A stretch of DNA of 64,000 bases from Pseudomonadota bacterium (GTDB lineage Bacteria; Pseudomonadota; Gammaproteobacteria; Enterobacterales; Alteromonadaceae): positions 2,721 to 66,720 of the forward strand of contig JAXHTT010000003.1 in NCBI GenBank assembly GCA_034190055.1, given 5' to 3'. This document shows, piece by piece, positions 51,755 to 61,599 of the stretch. The first letter of the stretch is position 1, and every line of letters begins with the position of its first letter. The notes beneath the pieces are model-generated. The model was not told where the DNA came from. It saw nothing but the letters and a program-made list of their open reading frames with translations, and made no database searches. The translations under genes were made by a program, and so were the position numbers.

Positions 51755-52708
51755 TTATCTGTTGGCTAAGCGCTTTTCAATTGCGTCAAACAGTGCGCCC
51801 ATAATGTCTACGTCGTACGCGGCTTCTATTTCTCTTACGCACGTTGGGCTGGTAATGTTTATTTCTGTAATTTTATTGCCAATTACATCAAGCCCTACAA
51901 ACAAAATATTATTTTCTTTAAGCGTAGGAGCTATGGCTTCAGCCAATGCGCGGTCTGAATCAGAAATTGGCTGAGGGCGGCCAGTGCCACCGGCGGCCAA
52001 GTTCCCTCTTGTTTCCCCTTTGGTTGGCAGTCGCGCTAAGCAGTATGGCATTACTTCACCATCTACAATCAATACACGCTTGTCACCGTCTTTAATCTCT
52101 GGAAGGTACTCTTGTACTATCATATAGCGCGTGCCCAAATGAGTCAGAGTTTCAATAATTACGCCTAAATTATTACCGTCAGGCTTTACTCTGAATATAG
52201 AGGCGCCACCCATACCGTCTAAGGGCTTACAAATAATATCTTGATGCTTGGCATGAAACTCACGAATAATCGTTTGGTTGTTTGATACGAGAGTATTCGG
52301 AATATGCTCTGGGAAATACGACGTAAACAATTTTTCGTTGTAGTCACGTAGGGCCTGAGGATTATTTACAACCAGTGCTCCGGCGTCTTGCGCTAGCGAT
52401 AATATCTGGGTAGCGTACAGAAATTCGCTGTCAAAAGGCGGATCTTTACGCATAAGTAAAACATCAATATCCCCTAAATGCAGGGGCGCTTCGTCTTCAA
52501 TCGCGTAGAAATCTGTCGCTTGGTCTTTAACCGACACGGTTTTGCCCAAACCCATAGGCTTACCATTGTCTAAATACAGGTCTTTTAGTTCGAAATAAAC
52601 AACTTTTGCACCGCGGCGCTGAGCTTCAAGCATCATCGCAAAGCTTGTGTCTTTATGTGGCTTAACGCTTGCGATGGGGTCCATAATTACGCCAACGGTA
52701 TATTGCAT
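51755..52708 (-). CDS. gshB: glutathione synthetase
   Basis: It has the ATP-grasp fold and conserved GshB motifs (MDPI...K..KDTSFAMM.EAQ.RG, KPLDGMGG, GE.RGNLAAGG). ATG 52708 is preferred over the track start at 52747. Confidence 0.94.
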   Translation of the reverse strand: MQYTVGVIMDPIASVKPHKDTSFAMMLEAQRRGAKVVYFELKDLYLDNGKPMGLGKTVSVKDQATDFYAIEDEAPLHLGDIDVLLMRKDPPFDSEFLYATQILSLAQDAGALVVNNPQALRDYNEKLFTSYFPEHIPNTLVSNNQTIIREFHAKHQDIICKPLDGMGGASIFRVKPDGNNLGVIIETLTHLGTRYMIVQEYLPEIKDGDKRVLIVDGEVMPYCLARLPTKGETRGNLAAGGTGRPQPISDSDRALAEAIAPTLKENNILFVGLDVIGNKITEINITSPTCVREIEAAYDVDIMGALFDAIEKRLANR

Positions 52709-52836
52709 AATGTTCTCACCTTGAATGTTTATAAAATGCCGGCTCATATAGCCTTGCTGATAATCTTTGTATATTGGGTCACACCCTAATACTTCAAGCT
52801 AGCATAGGCCTGTAAAAAAGGGTTTAAAATATATCC

Positions 52837-53565
52837 TCAAAAGTCGCCGTGTTGTGCCTGGAGAATACTCAAACTGCTAATTGCCGCCGTTTCGGTACGT
52901 AAAATACGTGGGCCTAAACTTACCGATTGATAACCGTTTTCGTTAGCTTGATGGATTTCTGTGTCTGATAACCCGCCTTCTGGACCTATAAGTAGTCGAA
53001 AGCCTTGAGTATTATAAGGTTGCCTCGCTAAGCTTTGTTCTGCGCCGGGTGCTAAAACCAACCGCGTAGTATTGGTTGATGAGGACAGCCACTGACTTAA
53101 ATTTACCGGGGCATTGAGCACAGGAATAACGTTGCGACCACTTTGCTCACAGGCACCAATGATAATTTTATGCCATTGCTGAATTTTCTTTTCCCAGCGC
53201 GATTCGTCAAGTTTTACTGTGCATCGTTCGGTAATAACAGGCGTTATCTCTGTTACGCCAAGCTCTACGCTTTTTTGTAGCACAATATCCATTCTATCAC
53301 CCTTAGAAACACCCTGACCTAAGTGAAGGAGGAGGGGGGACTCTTTAGCTAAAGAAAGACATGCATCTGCTTCAACCGTTACTTTTTTTCTTTGAACACT
53401 TATGACTTGTGCACTGTATTCGTTGCCATCGCCGTTAAATAGCACAATAGGGCGATTTGGCTTTATGCGCAGCACAGTAGCGATGTGATGACCCGCATCT
53501 TCGGTTAATTCAAATTCTTGTTCTAAAGGAATTGGGTTGGGGTAATAAACTCTTGGTATACGCAT
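52837..53565 (-). CDS. rsmE: 16S rRNA (uracil1498-N3)-methyltransferase
   Basis: 242 aa starting MRIPR.Y, with the HH...VLR PUA-like N-domain and the C-terminal GPEGG.S..E knot motif. Confidence 0.92.
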   Translation of the reverse strand: MRIPRVYYPNPIPLEQEFELTEDAGHHIATVLRIKPNRPIVLFNGDGNEYSAQVISVQRKKVTVEADACLSLAKESPLLLHLGQGVSKGDRMDIVLQKSVELGVTEITPVITERCTVKLDESRWEKKIQQWHKIIIGACEQSGRNVIPVLNAPVNLSQWLSSSTNTTRLVLAPGAEQSLARQPYNTQGFRLLIGPEGGLSDTEIHQANENGYQSVSLGPRILRTETAAISSLSILQAQHGDF

Positions 53566-54357
53566 AAATAGTCAGGTGTTTGGTTTTGATGCGTATGATA
53601 CGTGTCTGTATATGCAGGTTGCAATGCTGTCGACGGCATCATGTAAATAATTGGATAAAAACTTACACAAACGGCAACATGCGACCTATCTTTATTAATC
53701 ACCTGACTCGTAGGTTTACTCTAAGCCGCAGAGGGCGAAGAATTGTTCGAAGTGGTTTTCAACACGTTGGAAGAAGGCTTCGAATTTGGTTTTGGGCGGT
53801 ATTCCGCTCTTGCATATTTAGTATGTTTTCCTCTATCGGTGCGAAGTGAATATACAAATAAGCACAAAACGACCGAAAACAGGGTTATGAGAAGCAACAT
53901 GCGTTAATCCTTTAAGTGACATAGTTTGCTAAAGCTCGTTCATAAGAATTAACGGAAAGAGGATTCAAATCCGTAAACACCGTTAATTCTACTGAAACTT
54001 TAGTCTAAAACTTTGAGGCTAAAAAATCATCAAAAAAAATGTCTTAAAACTCGGTAACTTCCGACAAAGTTAAAAAGACAACAAAGCGCATTCAAGCTTC
54101 GGTGTTAAATAGTGCATTTGTTGAGTGACATGTGTGTGACAATTATTCAAAAAAATACTTAAACTTTGGTATACGTTGTACCTAAGAGTAGCGTTATGTA
54201 TCGCTACTTTTGGATAATGCTAACCTTATCAATAGCCTGAAGCGCTTAGACTTTTGGGCGAATTTACGCTGTTTGGACCTATTATGTATTGGTGATAATA
54301 CGAATAGCTGATAACGTATTTGTGTTAATTACAACTAACCAAGACAAGGACCATATT

Positions 54358-55200
54358 ATGGAAGAGAAGCTTTCGCTTTTTTCAGCGAGTGATGTTGAAA
54401 GGTACATAAACGACTACGCCATCCCATGGGGTATCAACATTTTGATGGCGATTGCGATTTATGTAGTTGGTAAGATCGTAGTTGGATTTATTTTGTCTGT
54501 ATTTAGACGCCTAATGGCTAAATCTAAATACGACGACATGTTGGTTGATTTCCTAGAGGCGATACTAAGCGCCATTTTGATGTTGTTCGTTATTGTCGCG
54601 TCACTTGACCAACTTGGCGTTGATACTACTTCACTGGTTGCTATCTTGGGTGCCGCTGGTCTTGCTATTGGTTTGTCACTGCAAGACTCGCTTAAAAACT
54701 TTGCAGCAGGCGTAATGCTTCTAGTGTTTAAGCCGTTCAAAGCAGGTGACTTTGTTGAGGCTGCGGGCACAGCTGGTTCAATCAAGAAGATTGGTATTTT
54801 CACAACCACAATGAATACGCCTGATAACAAAGAAATTATCGTTCCAAACGGCAATATCTACAGCGGCAACATTACTAATTACTCTGCGAAAGAAACTCGT
54901 CGTGTTGATATGGTTGTTGGCATCGGCTATGACGCTGACTTGCTTAAAGCTAAGCAAGTACTGCAAGAGATGGTTGAAGCAGATGAGCGTATTCTAGCTG
55001 AGCCTGCTCCGACTGTAGCAGTTTCTGAACTTGCTGATAGCAGCGTTAACTTTGTGGTACGCCCTTGGGTAAACGCTGCAGATTTCTGGGCGGTTAAGTT
55101 CGATTTTACAGAGCAAGTTAAACTTCGCTTTGATAAAGAAGGCATTTCAATTCCATTTCCGCAAATGGATGTGCATTTACACAAGCAAGACGGCGAGTAA
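54358..55200 (+). CDS. mscS: small-conductance mechanosensitive channel (MscS family)
   Basis: 280 aa from ATG 54358, with three TM helices followed by the conserved MscS beta domain (FKPFK.GD.VE..G..G.V..I..F.T......N...IVPN). The track start at 54289 is an extension. Confidence 0.92.
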   Translation: MEEKLSLFSASDVERYINDYAIPWGINILMAIAIYVVGKIVVGFILSVFRRLMAKSKYDDMLVDFLEAILSAILMLFVIVASLDQLGVDTTSLVAILGAAGLAIGLSLQDSLKNFAAGVMLLVFKPFKAGDFVEAAGTAGSIKKIGIFTTTMNTPDNKEIIVPNGNIYSGNITNYSAKETRRVDMVVGIGYDADLLKAKQVLQEMVEADERILAEPAPTVAVSELADSSVNFVVRPWVNAADFWAVKFDFTEQVKLRFDKEGISIPFPQMDVHLHKQDGE

Positions 55201-55216
55201 TCGTTAGCTTGAAAAC

Positions 55217-55247
55217 AAAAAACGCTGCTAAATGCAGCGTTTTTTTT
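55217..55247. terminator. bidirectional terminator between mscS and the M48 gene
   Basis: AAAAAACGCTGC-TAAAT-GCAGCGTTTTTTTT. Confidence 0.8.
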
Positions 55248-55309
55248 GTGTTGAAAACAAGCGAATAAATGAGATGGAATAGAAAGTCTAACCATATGAG
55301 ACTGTACTC

Positions 55310-56107
55310 TTATTTGCAGTTGGGTCGATAAGCCGTACTTTGATAGTCAGCATAGGCGGCTGGCATGTTTGCTTGTAGATTATCTATTCTTGTTTGTGGA
55401 GCAGGGTGGGTAGAAAGCAGCTCCATCGGACGATTTCCGCCACTCGCTGCATCCATGTTTTGCCATAAATTTACAGACTGCCTTGGGTCAAAGCCAGATT
55501 TTGCCATTAGCTGTAGCCCAATGACGTCGGCCTCTGATTCGTGAGTTCTGCTAAAAGGAAGCTGAACGCCTACTTGAACACCTAAACCAATCGCCGCCAT
55601 TATAGGACCTGATTGAGGCACTTCGTTTGCCGCTAACACTTGGCCTACCGCCTGACTGCCTACATTGATTAACGTTGACTGAGACATGCGCTCGTTACCG
55701 TGCTCTGCGATAACGTGACCTACTTCGTGACCAATAACGGCAGCTAGCTGATGCTGGTTTTCCGCTACATTTAGTAACCCTGTATATACACCTATCTTAC
55801 CGCCAGGGAGCGCGAAAGCATTAACTTGTTCATCATCAAATACCACTACCTCCCATTGACCGCTAAAAACACTGGTCGGAACTTGAGATGTGATGGCGTT
55901 GGCAACACACTCTACATAGGAGTTTTGAACAGCTTTGTTAGATATTTTTAGCTCTTCTTTCATACCCGTGAAAGCCTGGTCGCCCATTTGGGCTAGCTGG
56001 GCTTCTGAATACAGTAATACTTGATTTCTGCCGGTAGGAGATGTTGCACATGCGGTTAATGTGAGCACAGCAGCAATAACCGCTGAGGCAGTGAATTTCA
56101 ATTTCAT
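55310..56107 (-). CDS. M48-family zinc metallopeptidase lipoprotein (YcaL/LoiP-like)
   Basis: 265 aa with a lipobox (LTLTAC), the HEVGH zinc motif, and the downstream E of M48 peptidases. Confidence 0.88.
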   Translation of the reverse strand: MKLKFTASAVIAAVLTLTACATSPTGRNQVLLYSEAQLAQMGDQAFTGMKEELKISNKAVQNSYVECVANAITSQVPTSVFSGQWEVVVFDDEQVNAFALPGGKIGVYTGLLNVAENQHQLAAVIGHEVGHVIAEHGNERMSQSTLINVGSQAVGQVLAANEVPQSGPIMAAIGLGVQVGVQLPFSRTHESEADVIGLQLMAKSGFDPRQSVNLWQNMDAASGGNRPMELLSTHPAPQTRIDNLQANMPAAYADYQSTAYRPNCK

Positions 56108-56514
56108 AGTTAATCCTTTTGATTGCTGAGTACACTCATTTTCGTGACGCTGTCACAAAAAATGATATTCCATTCAGTTTATACATCTTATTAGTCGTAT
56201 TAGTATCAGATAGCGCGAACAAATAAAACTAGACCTTCGCGTTAAAGGCCTTACGTGGCGCTTCCGCTAATCTTTATTAGACTCGCTCAGTGATAAAAAA
56301 CGCTAAAATATGTGCTTACCATTAGTGCTTAATATCGTAAATAGTTGCTTTTTTTATAGAAAAATTACACGGCTTTGCCTTCTTAATACTTGTGTCATAA
56401 ACTGATTTTAATTTATACATAGAAGTTGAATAAATTTTCTGGTGTACTAGGGGCAGAAATCCCAGATTTCTCGTACCTCGCAACGTACAAAAAAACAAAT
56501 AAAAAGGAAATCAA

Positions 56515-58317
56515 ATGGCAGTGCGTAACAAGTTTAAATATGGATTACTTGCATTTTTAGTTTCAGCTGCGCTCACAGGATGCGGCCTTGATGGTGACGA
56601 TGGTGCCCAAGGTGAGACAGGGGCACAAGGACCACAGGGCGAACAAGGCGACCCAGGCTCGGATGGTAGCGACGGCACCGATGCTTCTATCGGTATTGCA
56701 ATGGATATCGTTGGTCGCGCTTTCTTGGGCAATCAAACGGCAGCTGAAATTGTTCAGTATCATTCCGCTACCAGTACCATTTACGCCACTAATGGTGAAA
56801 CGAATACAATTGCAGTCATTGATGCTTCTGGCGTGAATACGGCAACAATGCCAGATCCAATTAATACGACCACGTTAACATCGACCACAATCGCACTGCC
56901 TGCTGATATTAACGGTGTGGCGTTAGGCAGCTTAACAAGTATCGCAATAAGCGGTGACCTTATGGCTGTTGCTGTACCTGCAGATGTTAAAACTGACAAC
57001 GGTTTCGTGTTGTTTTACAACGGGCTTGATAGTTCTGCTCCCGCTTTCTTAGATTCGGTTGAAGTAGGCGCGCTACCTGATATGGTCACTTTCACCCCTG
57101 ACGGCGGTAAAGTATTAGTAGCGAACGAAGGCGAGCCATCTGACGACTATACCGTTGACCCTGAGGGTTCTATTTCGGTTATCAATATTCTTGCCAGTGG
57201 CGAGCCTGAAGAAACAGGCACTACTGTTGGCTTCAGTGCACTTAACGGCAGTGAAGCTGAGCTTATGGCACAAGGCATGATGTTCCCAAACCCAGCAGGG
57301 CGTACAATTAACGGAACCGCTATTACCTCGACCGTAGCGAAAGATTTAGAGCCTGAATATATCACTGCGACTAACGACGTTGCTTATGTCAGCCTGCAGG
57401 AAAACAATGGCCTAGCGATTTTAGATTTAGAAGAACTCACTGTTGATGTTGTTGGCTTAGGAACGAAATCTTGGGCTGGTCTAAACATTGATATCCAAGA
57501 GAATGATGCGGTTAGCTTTGGACAATATACCGGCCTCTACGGTGTATACCAGCCAGATACCATTGCTAACTTTACGTGGAAAGATGCAACCTTTATCGTA
57601 ACTGCGAATGAAGGCGACGCCCGTGAGTACTTCTTTGAGGCTGCTGATGAGGCTGCTTGTACTGCCGCTGGTGGCGTTGACTTTGACGAAGACGATGGGT
57701 GTTTAGCCTATACGGATGAAGTGAAAGTAGAAGATCTAACAGCTGCTGCAAACTCTGAGTTGGCGATGCTCCAGGCAACGGGTGAGGCTGACGATTTACG
57801 CGTAACTTCGGCCATGGGTGATGCTGATGGAGACGGTGAATATGATGCTGCATATGCTTACGGTGCGCGCTCATTTACCATCTGGGATCAAAATGGTTTA
57901 GTGGTTTATGATTCTGGCGACGATTTTGAGCGCATTACTGCTTCAGTTCACGGTGCACAGTTCAACAATGGTGATGACGAAAATGCTAGCGATTCACGTT
58001 CTGAAAACAAAGGACCTGAGCCAGAAGCATTAACTGTAGGTCAAGTTGGCGACCGTACTTACGCTTTCATCGGTACTGAGCGCATGGGGGGTATTTTCGT
58101 TTACGATGTAACGAACCCTTATGATGTTCAATTTGCCGAGTATGTGATTAACCGAGATCTTACCGAAGGTTTAACAAGCGATGATGTGATTGGTGACCTT
58201 GCACCAGAAAGCTTAGTATTTGTAAGTGCTGAAGACAGCCCGAGTGGCGTCCCTCTGCTTTTAGTGGGTAACGAAGTGAGCGGTACAGTAACGGTATGGC
58301 AAATCAACCAGCTGTAA
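56515..58317 (+). CDS. lipoprotein with an N-terminal collagen-like Gly-X-Y segment fused to a beta-propeller 'choice-of-anchor I'/phytase-like domain
   Basis: 600 aa with a lipobox (ALTGC) and 10 uninterrupted GXY triplets. The remainder carries patterns I remember from proteins annotated as choice-of-anchor I or atypical alkaline phosphatase (LEPEYI, YVSLQENN, TANEGD.REY, GARSFTIWD, KGPEPE, GGIFVYDV.NP). Coding status is high confidence; the family and function are moderate. Confidence 0.75.
   Translation: MAVRNKFKYGLLAFLVSAALTGCGLDGDDGAQGETGAQGPQGEQGDPGSDGSDGTDASIGIAMDIVGRAFLGNQTAAEIVQYHSATSTIYATNGETNTIAVIDASGVNTATMPDPINTTTLTSTTIALPADINGVALGSLTSIAISGDLMAVAVPADVKTDNGFVLFYNGLDSSAPAFLDSVEVGALPDMVTFTPDGGKVLVANEGEPSDDYTVDPEGSISVINILASGEPEETGTTVGFSALNGSEAELMAQGMMFPNPAGRTINGTAITSTVAKDLEPEYITATNDVAYVSLQENNGLAILDLEELTVDVVGLGTKSWAGLNIDIQENDAVSFGQYTGLYGVYQPDTIANFTWKDATFIVTANEGDAREYFFEAADEAACTAAGGVDFDEDDGCLAYTDEVKVEDLTAAANSELAMLQATGEADDLRVTSAMGDADGDGEYDAAYAYGARSFTIWDQNGLVVYDSGDDFERITASVHGAQFNNGDDENASDSRSENKGPEPEALTVGQVGDRTYAFIGTERMGGIFVYDVTNPYDVQFAEYVINRDLTEGLTSDDVIGDLAPESLVFVSAEDSPSGVPLLLVGNEVSGTVTVWQINQL
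56593..56682 (+). repeat. collagen-like triple-helix repeat, (Gly-X-Y)x10, inside the 56515-58317 CDS
   Basis: GDD GAQ GET GAQ GPQ GEQ GDP GSD GSD GTD, read directly from the codons ggt gac gat ggt gcc caa and so on. Confidence 0.9.
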
Positions 58318-58337
58318 TTTAATTTACAACAGTTAAT

Positions 58338-58370
58338 AAAAACCCGCTTAACTAAGCGGGTTTTTTATTT
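58338..58370 (+). terminator. terminator of the beta-propeller lipoprotein gene
   Basis: AAAAACCCGCTTA-AC-TAAGCGGGTTTTTTATTTTT. Confidence 0.8.
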
Positions 58371-58400
58371 TTACCTAATTTAGGGCAGCTCAATGCCAAT

Positions 58401-58432
58401 AAAAAAGGCCCGAGTTTAAACTCGGGCCTTTT
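58401..58432 (-). terminator. terminator of the TonB-dependent receptor operon
   Basis: AAAAAAGGCCCGAGTTTAAACTCGGGCCTTTT is a perfect palindrome that leaves a T-run on the minus strand. Confidence 0.8.
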
Positions 58433-58488
58433 AGCGTCACGCGACGCCTTGTTTGTGCCAAGGCATTATTTGTCACTCATACAAGTGC

Positions 58489-61400
58489 TTAGTATTTAAC
58501 AGTTACACCTGCAAATAAGCGCGGGCCATAGTCATTAACTTCGCCAAGGTTACCTTGAACGTAGTAGTCTTGGGACTTAGGTGCACTGAATAGGTTAATT
58601 GCTTCAACCTTAACGCGCACATGCTCATTCACTTTGTACGACGCACGGGCTTCCCAAACACCTACCTCGTCTACGTAACGCAGACGCGTACCGTTACTAG
58701 TGTACGGTTGGAAATATTCACTTCTGTACTTGTAGATAAGTGCTGTATCTAGGTCGCCAATTTGGTAATAAACTTGACCGCTAAACACGTGCTCAGAAAA
58801 CCCTGGTACAGCGCCAGGAGGAATGATTCCTTCGGTTAACTGTGTGGTATTACCATCAAGGTCGGTAATAAATGTATCACCGTAATTACTGTCCTCAAAC
58901 TCGTAATCAGTGTCGGCATAGTTATAACCAAATTTTACGCCAATACCGCTGTCCCATCGATATGCGATAGAGGTTTCGATACCCACTAACGTACTACTAT
59001 CATCCGTTGTAACAGAGTTTGTGATAGGAAGGTCATAATCATCACCTTCAATCTCAAAAGTTTCTAGCACCGTTTGCTGCTGGAAACCACCATTGAACTG
59101 TTTGTAGTAAACACCAAAAGCAAAGATTGAGTCTTCGTTCGGGTACCATTCAATGGCCACGTCATAGTTCCAAGACATTAGAGGCGTTGTGCTTGGGTTA
59201 CCTGAACCATTAACACCTACAATTAGGTCTGAAATAGTGGTTGGGGCAACCTCATCATCAGTTTGGAATGTGCGGCTAAAGCCTAAGTCTGATGGGTCGG
59301 CGCGAGACATTCCGCGATAGATACCAGCGCGTAATAAGATGTCATCGCTATAATCCATTACGAAGTTAGCACTTGGAAGTACCTCGGTGTAGCTACCACC
59401 GCCTTCGATGCGTTCAACCACTGAATCATCTTCAACAAGCGTCAGTGTGCCTAATTCACCTTCGATAACTTCAAACGAGTTTCTGAAGCCAACAGAAGTC
59501 ACTTCGGTATTTACAACACGCACACCAAAGTTACCGCGAATAAACTTGCCCCACATTTCTGTGTCATAGTTCGCCATCAAATAACCAGCGTAAGTGCGCT
59601 CTGTAACGTCTATCGTACCGGCATTTTCATACTCTAACTCAGGGTAAGCAAAGTTATCGCCATTTGATGCAGCAACTGCTTGAGCAAAGCAGTTATTATC
59701 ATAAGTTGCCCATGAAGAGCCAGTGCCGCTGTCTATAGTGTTACCATCGCTGTCTACATGAGTGATGATATCGCCATCAGAAACGGTAGACAAAAAGCCA
59801 CTTTCTGGGAAGTCAATCTGGCAGCTTTCCATAACCGCGATAGCTTGAGCGATGGCTTCTTCATCAGTGGCGCCTTCAGTAGCTGAAAATGTCCACTGGT
59901 TACGTGAACCGTTACCGTTAGTACCACCAAACTGTACAAAAGTCATCTCAGAAGCACGAAGGCCACCTTCAACACTTACGAACACGTCATGATCAAGAAT
60001 GTAACTAAAATCAACTTTTGCTGATTTTATTTCGTTTTCTCTCGCATTTTCCCTATCTGCGCGTGTACGAAGGCTATCGTAGAAGTTAGTGATGTCGGTC
60101 ACGTCAAAGTTCTGTACCGTGAAGTGAGGAATGTTATCACCCATATCCAATGAGAAGAATTGTCTGTCTTCAGTGCGGGCACGGTTTGAGATTTGAAGCT
60201 CTTCACGTTCTGTTTTCGAGTAAGCTAGGTCGAAGCTTAGCGTTAATGCGTCGGTAGCAAAGTGCTCAACATTAATGCCGAAGCCATGGTAAGTCTCGTC
60301 ACGTGAGAATTGCTCGCCCGATGTTTCAATACGGTCTTGACCTTCCCAATGTAAAATGCCACCTACATCATTGGTTACTAGTGTAGGTCCAGTTAACCCT
60401 GGAATCGCACGCTTTTGTAGGAAGATTAAGTCATGTCTTGCTTCTTGCTGTAAGCGGTTCGAGTACTGGAAGTCAGTGTTAATATCCCAGGCGTCATTAG
60501 GCTGAAACTGCAGTGCTAAGAAGAAAGCATCTCGCTCATCAGATGTTTCGTTTTGACGATAGCTACGAGAGCTACCTGTCCACGCATAAGGTGAACCTGC
60601 ACTGATTGCCTCACCAGTTTCTGGGTCAATTTCTGTGTTGTAGCCTTGGTTAGAGCTACCGCTAACCTGGTCTTCACAGTCGCCAGCGCTGCTGCGGAAA
60701 AAACCTTCATTAGTGTTGGTAGGATCGTTCAAACACGCCCATAGTGAAGAACCCGTTGGGCTAGAGCTTCTGTACTCGGCTTCAGGTTGAGTTATATCTT
60801 GGCGCTGAGCCCCGATAGAGATACCTAACGCAGAGCCGTTATTGAATTCAAACTGATCAACATAGCTAATCGTTCCACGATAGCCTAAGTCACTATGAAG
60901 TGAGTTATCTACATTGCCTTCGTCAGGGTTATAGTTGCCTTTTATTTCACCCTGAATACGCTGTTTTCCATAATCAAGAGGGGCTACGGTTTCCAGTGTA
61001 ATAACACCAGCCACACCACCCTCAATCATTGAGGCGTCCTGCGTTTTATATATGGCGACTTTTTTAACCAGCTCACTTGGGAATTGTGAGAAGTTTACCG
61101 AGCGGTCACCACTACCGTTAGTCGCTTCACGACCGTTGATGTGCGTAGCACTTAAGAACGGGCCAAGACCACGAATAGTAATTTCGGTAGCACCACCATT
61201 TTCACGGTGCGAAGCAGCACCCGTGATTGATTCTAGCGCTTCACCAATGGAAAGTGCTGGTAAGTCACCAATGTCTTCGGCCGATAAGCCGTCAACAACA
61301 GTAGTAGATTCGCGTTTAATTGAAATCTGATCTTGTATAGTACGACGTGTACCAACAACGTCGATAACTTCTACGTCTTCAGCTGAAGTCTGTTCCTGCG

Positions 61401-61515
61401 CTTCTTGTGCTTGTAGTGAGAAAGCAGAGGTGCTTGCTACACCAGCTATGAATGCGGCTCTTACCCAACGCGCAGTTGGGTTTAGGGTAAAGGGTGTGCT
61501 TCTTTTCAACGACAT
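58489..61515 (-). CDS. TonB-dependent outer-membrane receptor (large, glycan-type)
   Basis: 1008 aa with a signal peptide, a TonB-box-like VEVIDVVG and plug-domain motifs (DGLSAEDIGDLPALSIGEALE, ITIRGLGP). It has a long beta-barrel and a C-terminal aromatic residue (...GVTVKY). Confidence 0.93.
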   Translation of the reverse strand: MSLKRSTPFTLNPTARWVRAAFIAGVASTSAFSLQAQEAQEQTSAEDVEVIDVVGTRRTIQDQISIKRESTTVVDGLSAEDIGDLPALSIGEALESITGAASHRENGGATEITIRGLGPFLSATHINGREATNGSGDRSVNFSQFPSELVKKVAIYKTQDASMIEGGVAGVITLETVAPLDYGKQRIQGEIKGNYNPDEGNVDNSLHSDLGYRGTISYVDQFEFNNGSALGISIGAQRQDITQPEAEYRSSSPTGSSLWACLNDPTNTNEGFFRSSAGDCEDQVSGSSNQGYNTEIDPETGEAISAGSPYAWTGSSRSYRQNETSDERDAFFLALQFQPNDAWDINTDFQYSNRLQQEARHDLIFLQKRAIPGLTGPTLVTNDVGGILHWEGQDRIETSGEQFSRDETYHGFGINVEHFATDALTLSFDLAYSKTEREELQISNRARTEDRQFFSLDMGDNIPHFTVQNFDVTDITNFYDSLRTRADRENARENEIKSAKVDFSYILDHDVFVSVEGGLRASEMTFVQFGGTNGNGSRNQWTFSATEGATDEEAIAQAIAVMESCQIDFPESGFLSTVSDGDIITHVDSDGNTIDSGTGSSWATYDNNCFAQAVAASNGDNFAYPELEYENAGTIDVTERTYAGYLMANYDTEMWGKFIRGNFGVRVVNTEVTSVGFRNSFEVIEGELGTLTLVEDDSVVERIEGGGSYTEVLPSANFVMDYSDDILLRAGIYRGMSRADPSDLGFSRTFQTDDEVAPTTISDLIVGVNGSGNPSTTPLMSWNYDVAIEWYPNEDSIFAFGVYYKQFNGGFQQQTVLETFEIEGDDYDLPITNSVTTDDSSTLVGIETSIAYRWDSGIGVKFGYNYADTDYEFEDSNYGDTFITDLDGNTTQLTEGIIPPGAVPGFSEHVFSGQVYYQIGDLDTALIYKYRSEYFQPYTSNGTRLRYVDEVGVWEARASYKVNEHVRVKVEAINLFSAPKSQDYYVQGNLGEVNDYGPRLFAGVTVKY

Positions 61516-61599
61516 TACAATTTCTCCGTTGTGTTATCGATGCACTATCGCCCCGAGGGGCGCAGTGACTTAATGTGTAGGGTATTTGTGTTTTATGTA

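Noticed and set aside
53580-53849. 89-aa plus-strand ORF (Arg/Cys-rich, MVLMRMIRVCICRLQCCRRHH...)
   Set aside because: The extreme Arg/Cys composition, the GTG/TTG-type start without an SD and the lack of any motif make it look like random open frame in AT-rich spacer. The opposite-strand 59-aa ORF is only marginally better and is reported as a finding, not a feature.
53946-53989. tRNA-like T-arm sequence GGATTCAAATCC inside a 10-bp inverted repeat (possible tRNA fragment or att site)
   Set aside because: I could not build an acceptor stem, anticodon arm or D-arm around it, and the flanks of the TTCAAAT loop do not pair as a 5-bp T-stem. No integrase is nearby. It is kept only as part of the gap finding.
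56392-56409. Pho-box-like sequence GTGTCATAAACTGATTTT upstream of the beta-propeller (phosphatase-like) lipoprotein gene
   Set aside because: The first half-site matches CTGTCAT at 6 of 7 positions. The second half-site matches only 2 of 7 at the canonical 11-bp phasing (4 of 7 with the wrong spacing). That is too weak to call without a matrix scan.
56511-56999. Several minus-strand and alternative-frame ORFs (56511-56732, 56563-56763, 56588-56836, 56781-56999) over the 5' part of the lipoprotein gene
   Set aside because: They are mirror or shifted readings of the GXY-repeat and Ala/Thr-rich region, which gives Pro/Ser-rich strings. The plus-strand frame has the signal peptide, the lipobox and long-range domain motifs.
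61549-61562. GC-rich mini-hairpin CGCCCC-GA-GGGGCG between the PL6-like gene and the TonB-dependent receptor
   Set aside because: The loop is too small for a stable terminator and no T-run follows on the coding strand. It may be an RNA processing or stability element, but the evidence is insufficient.
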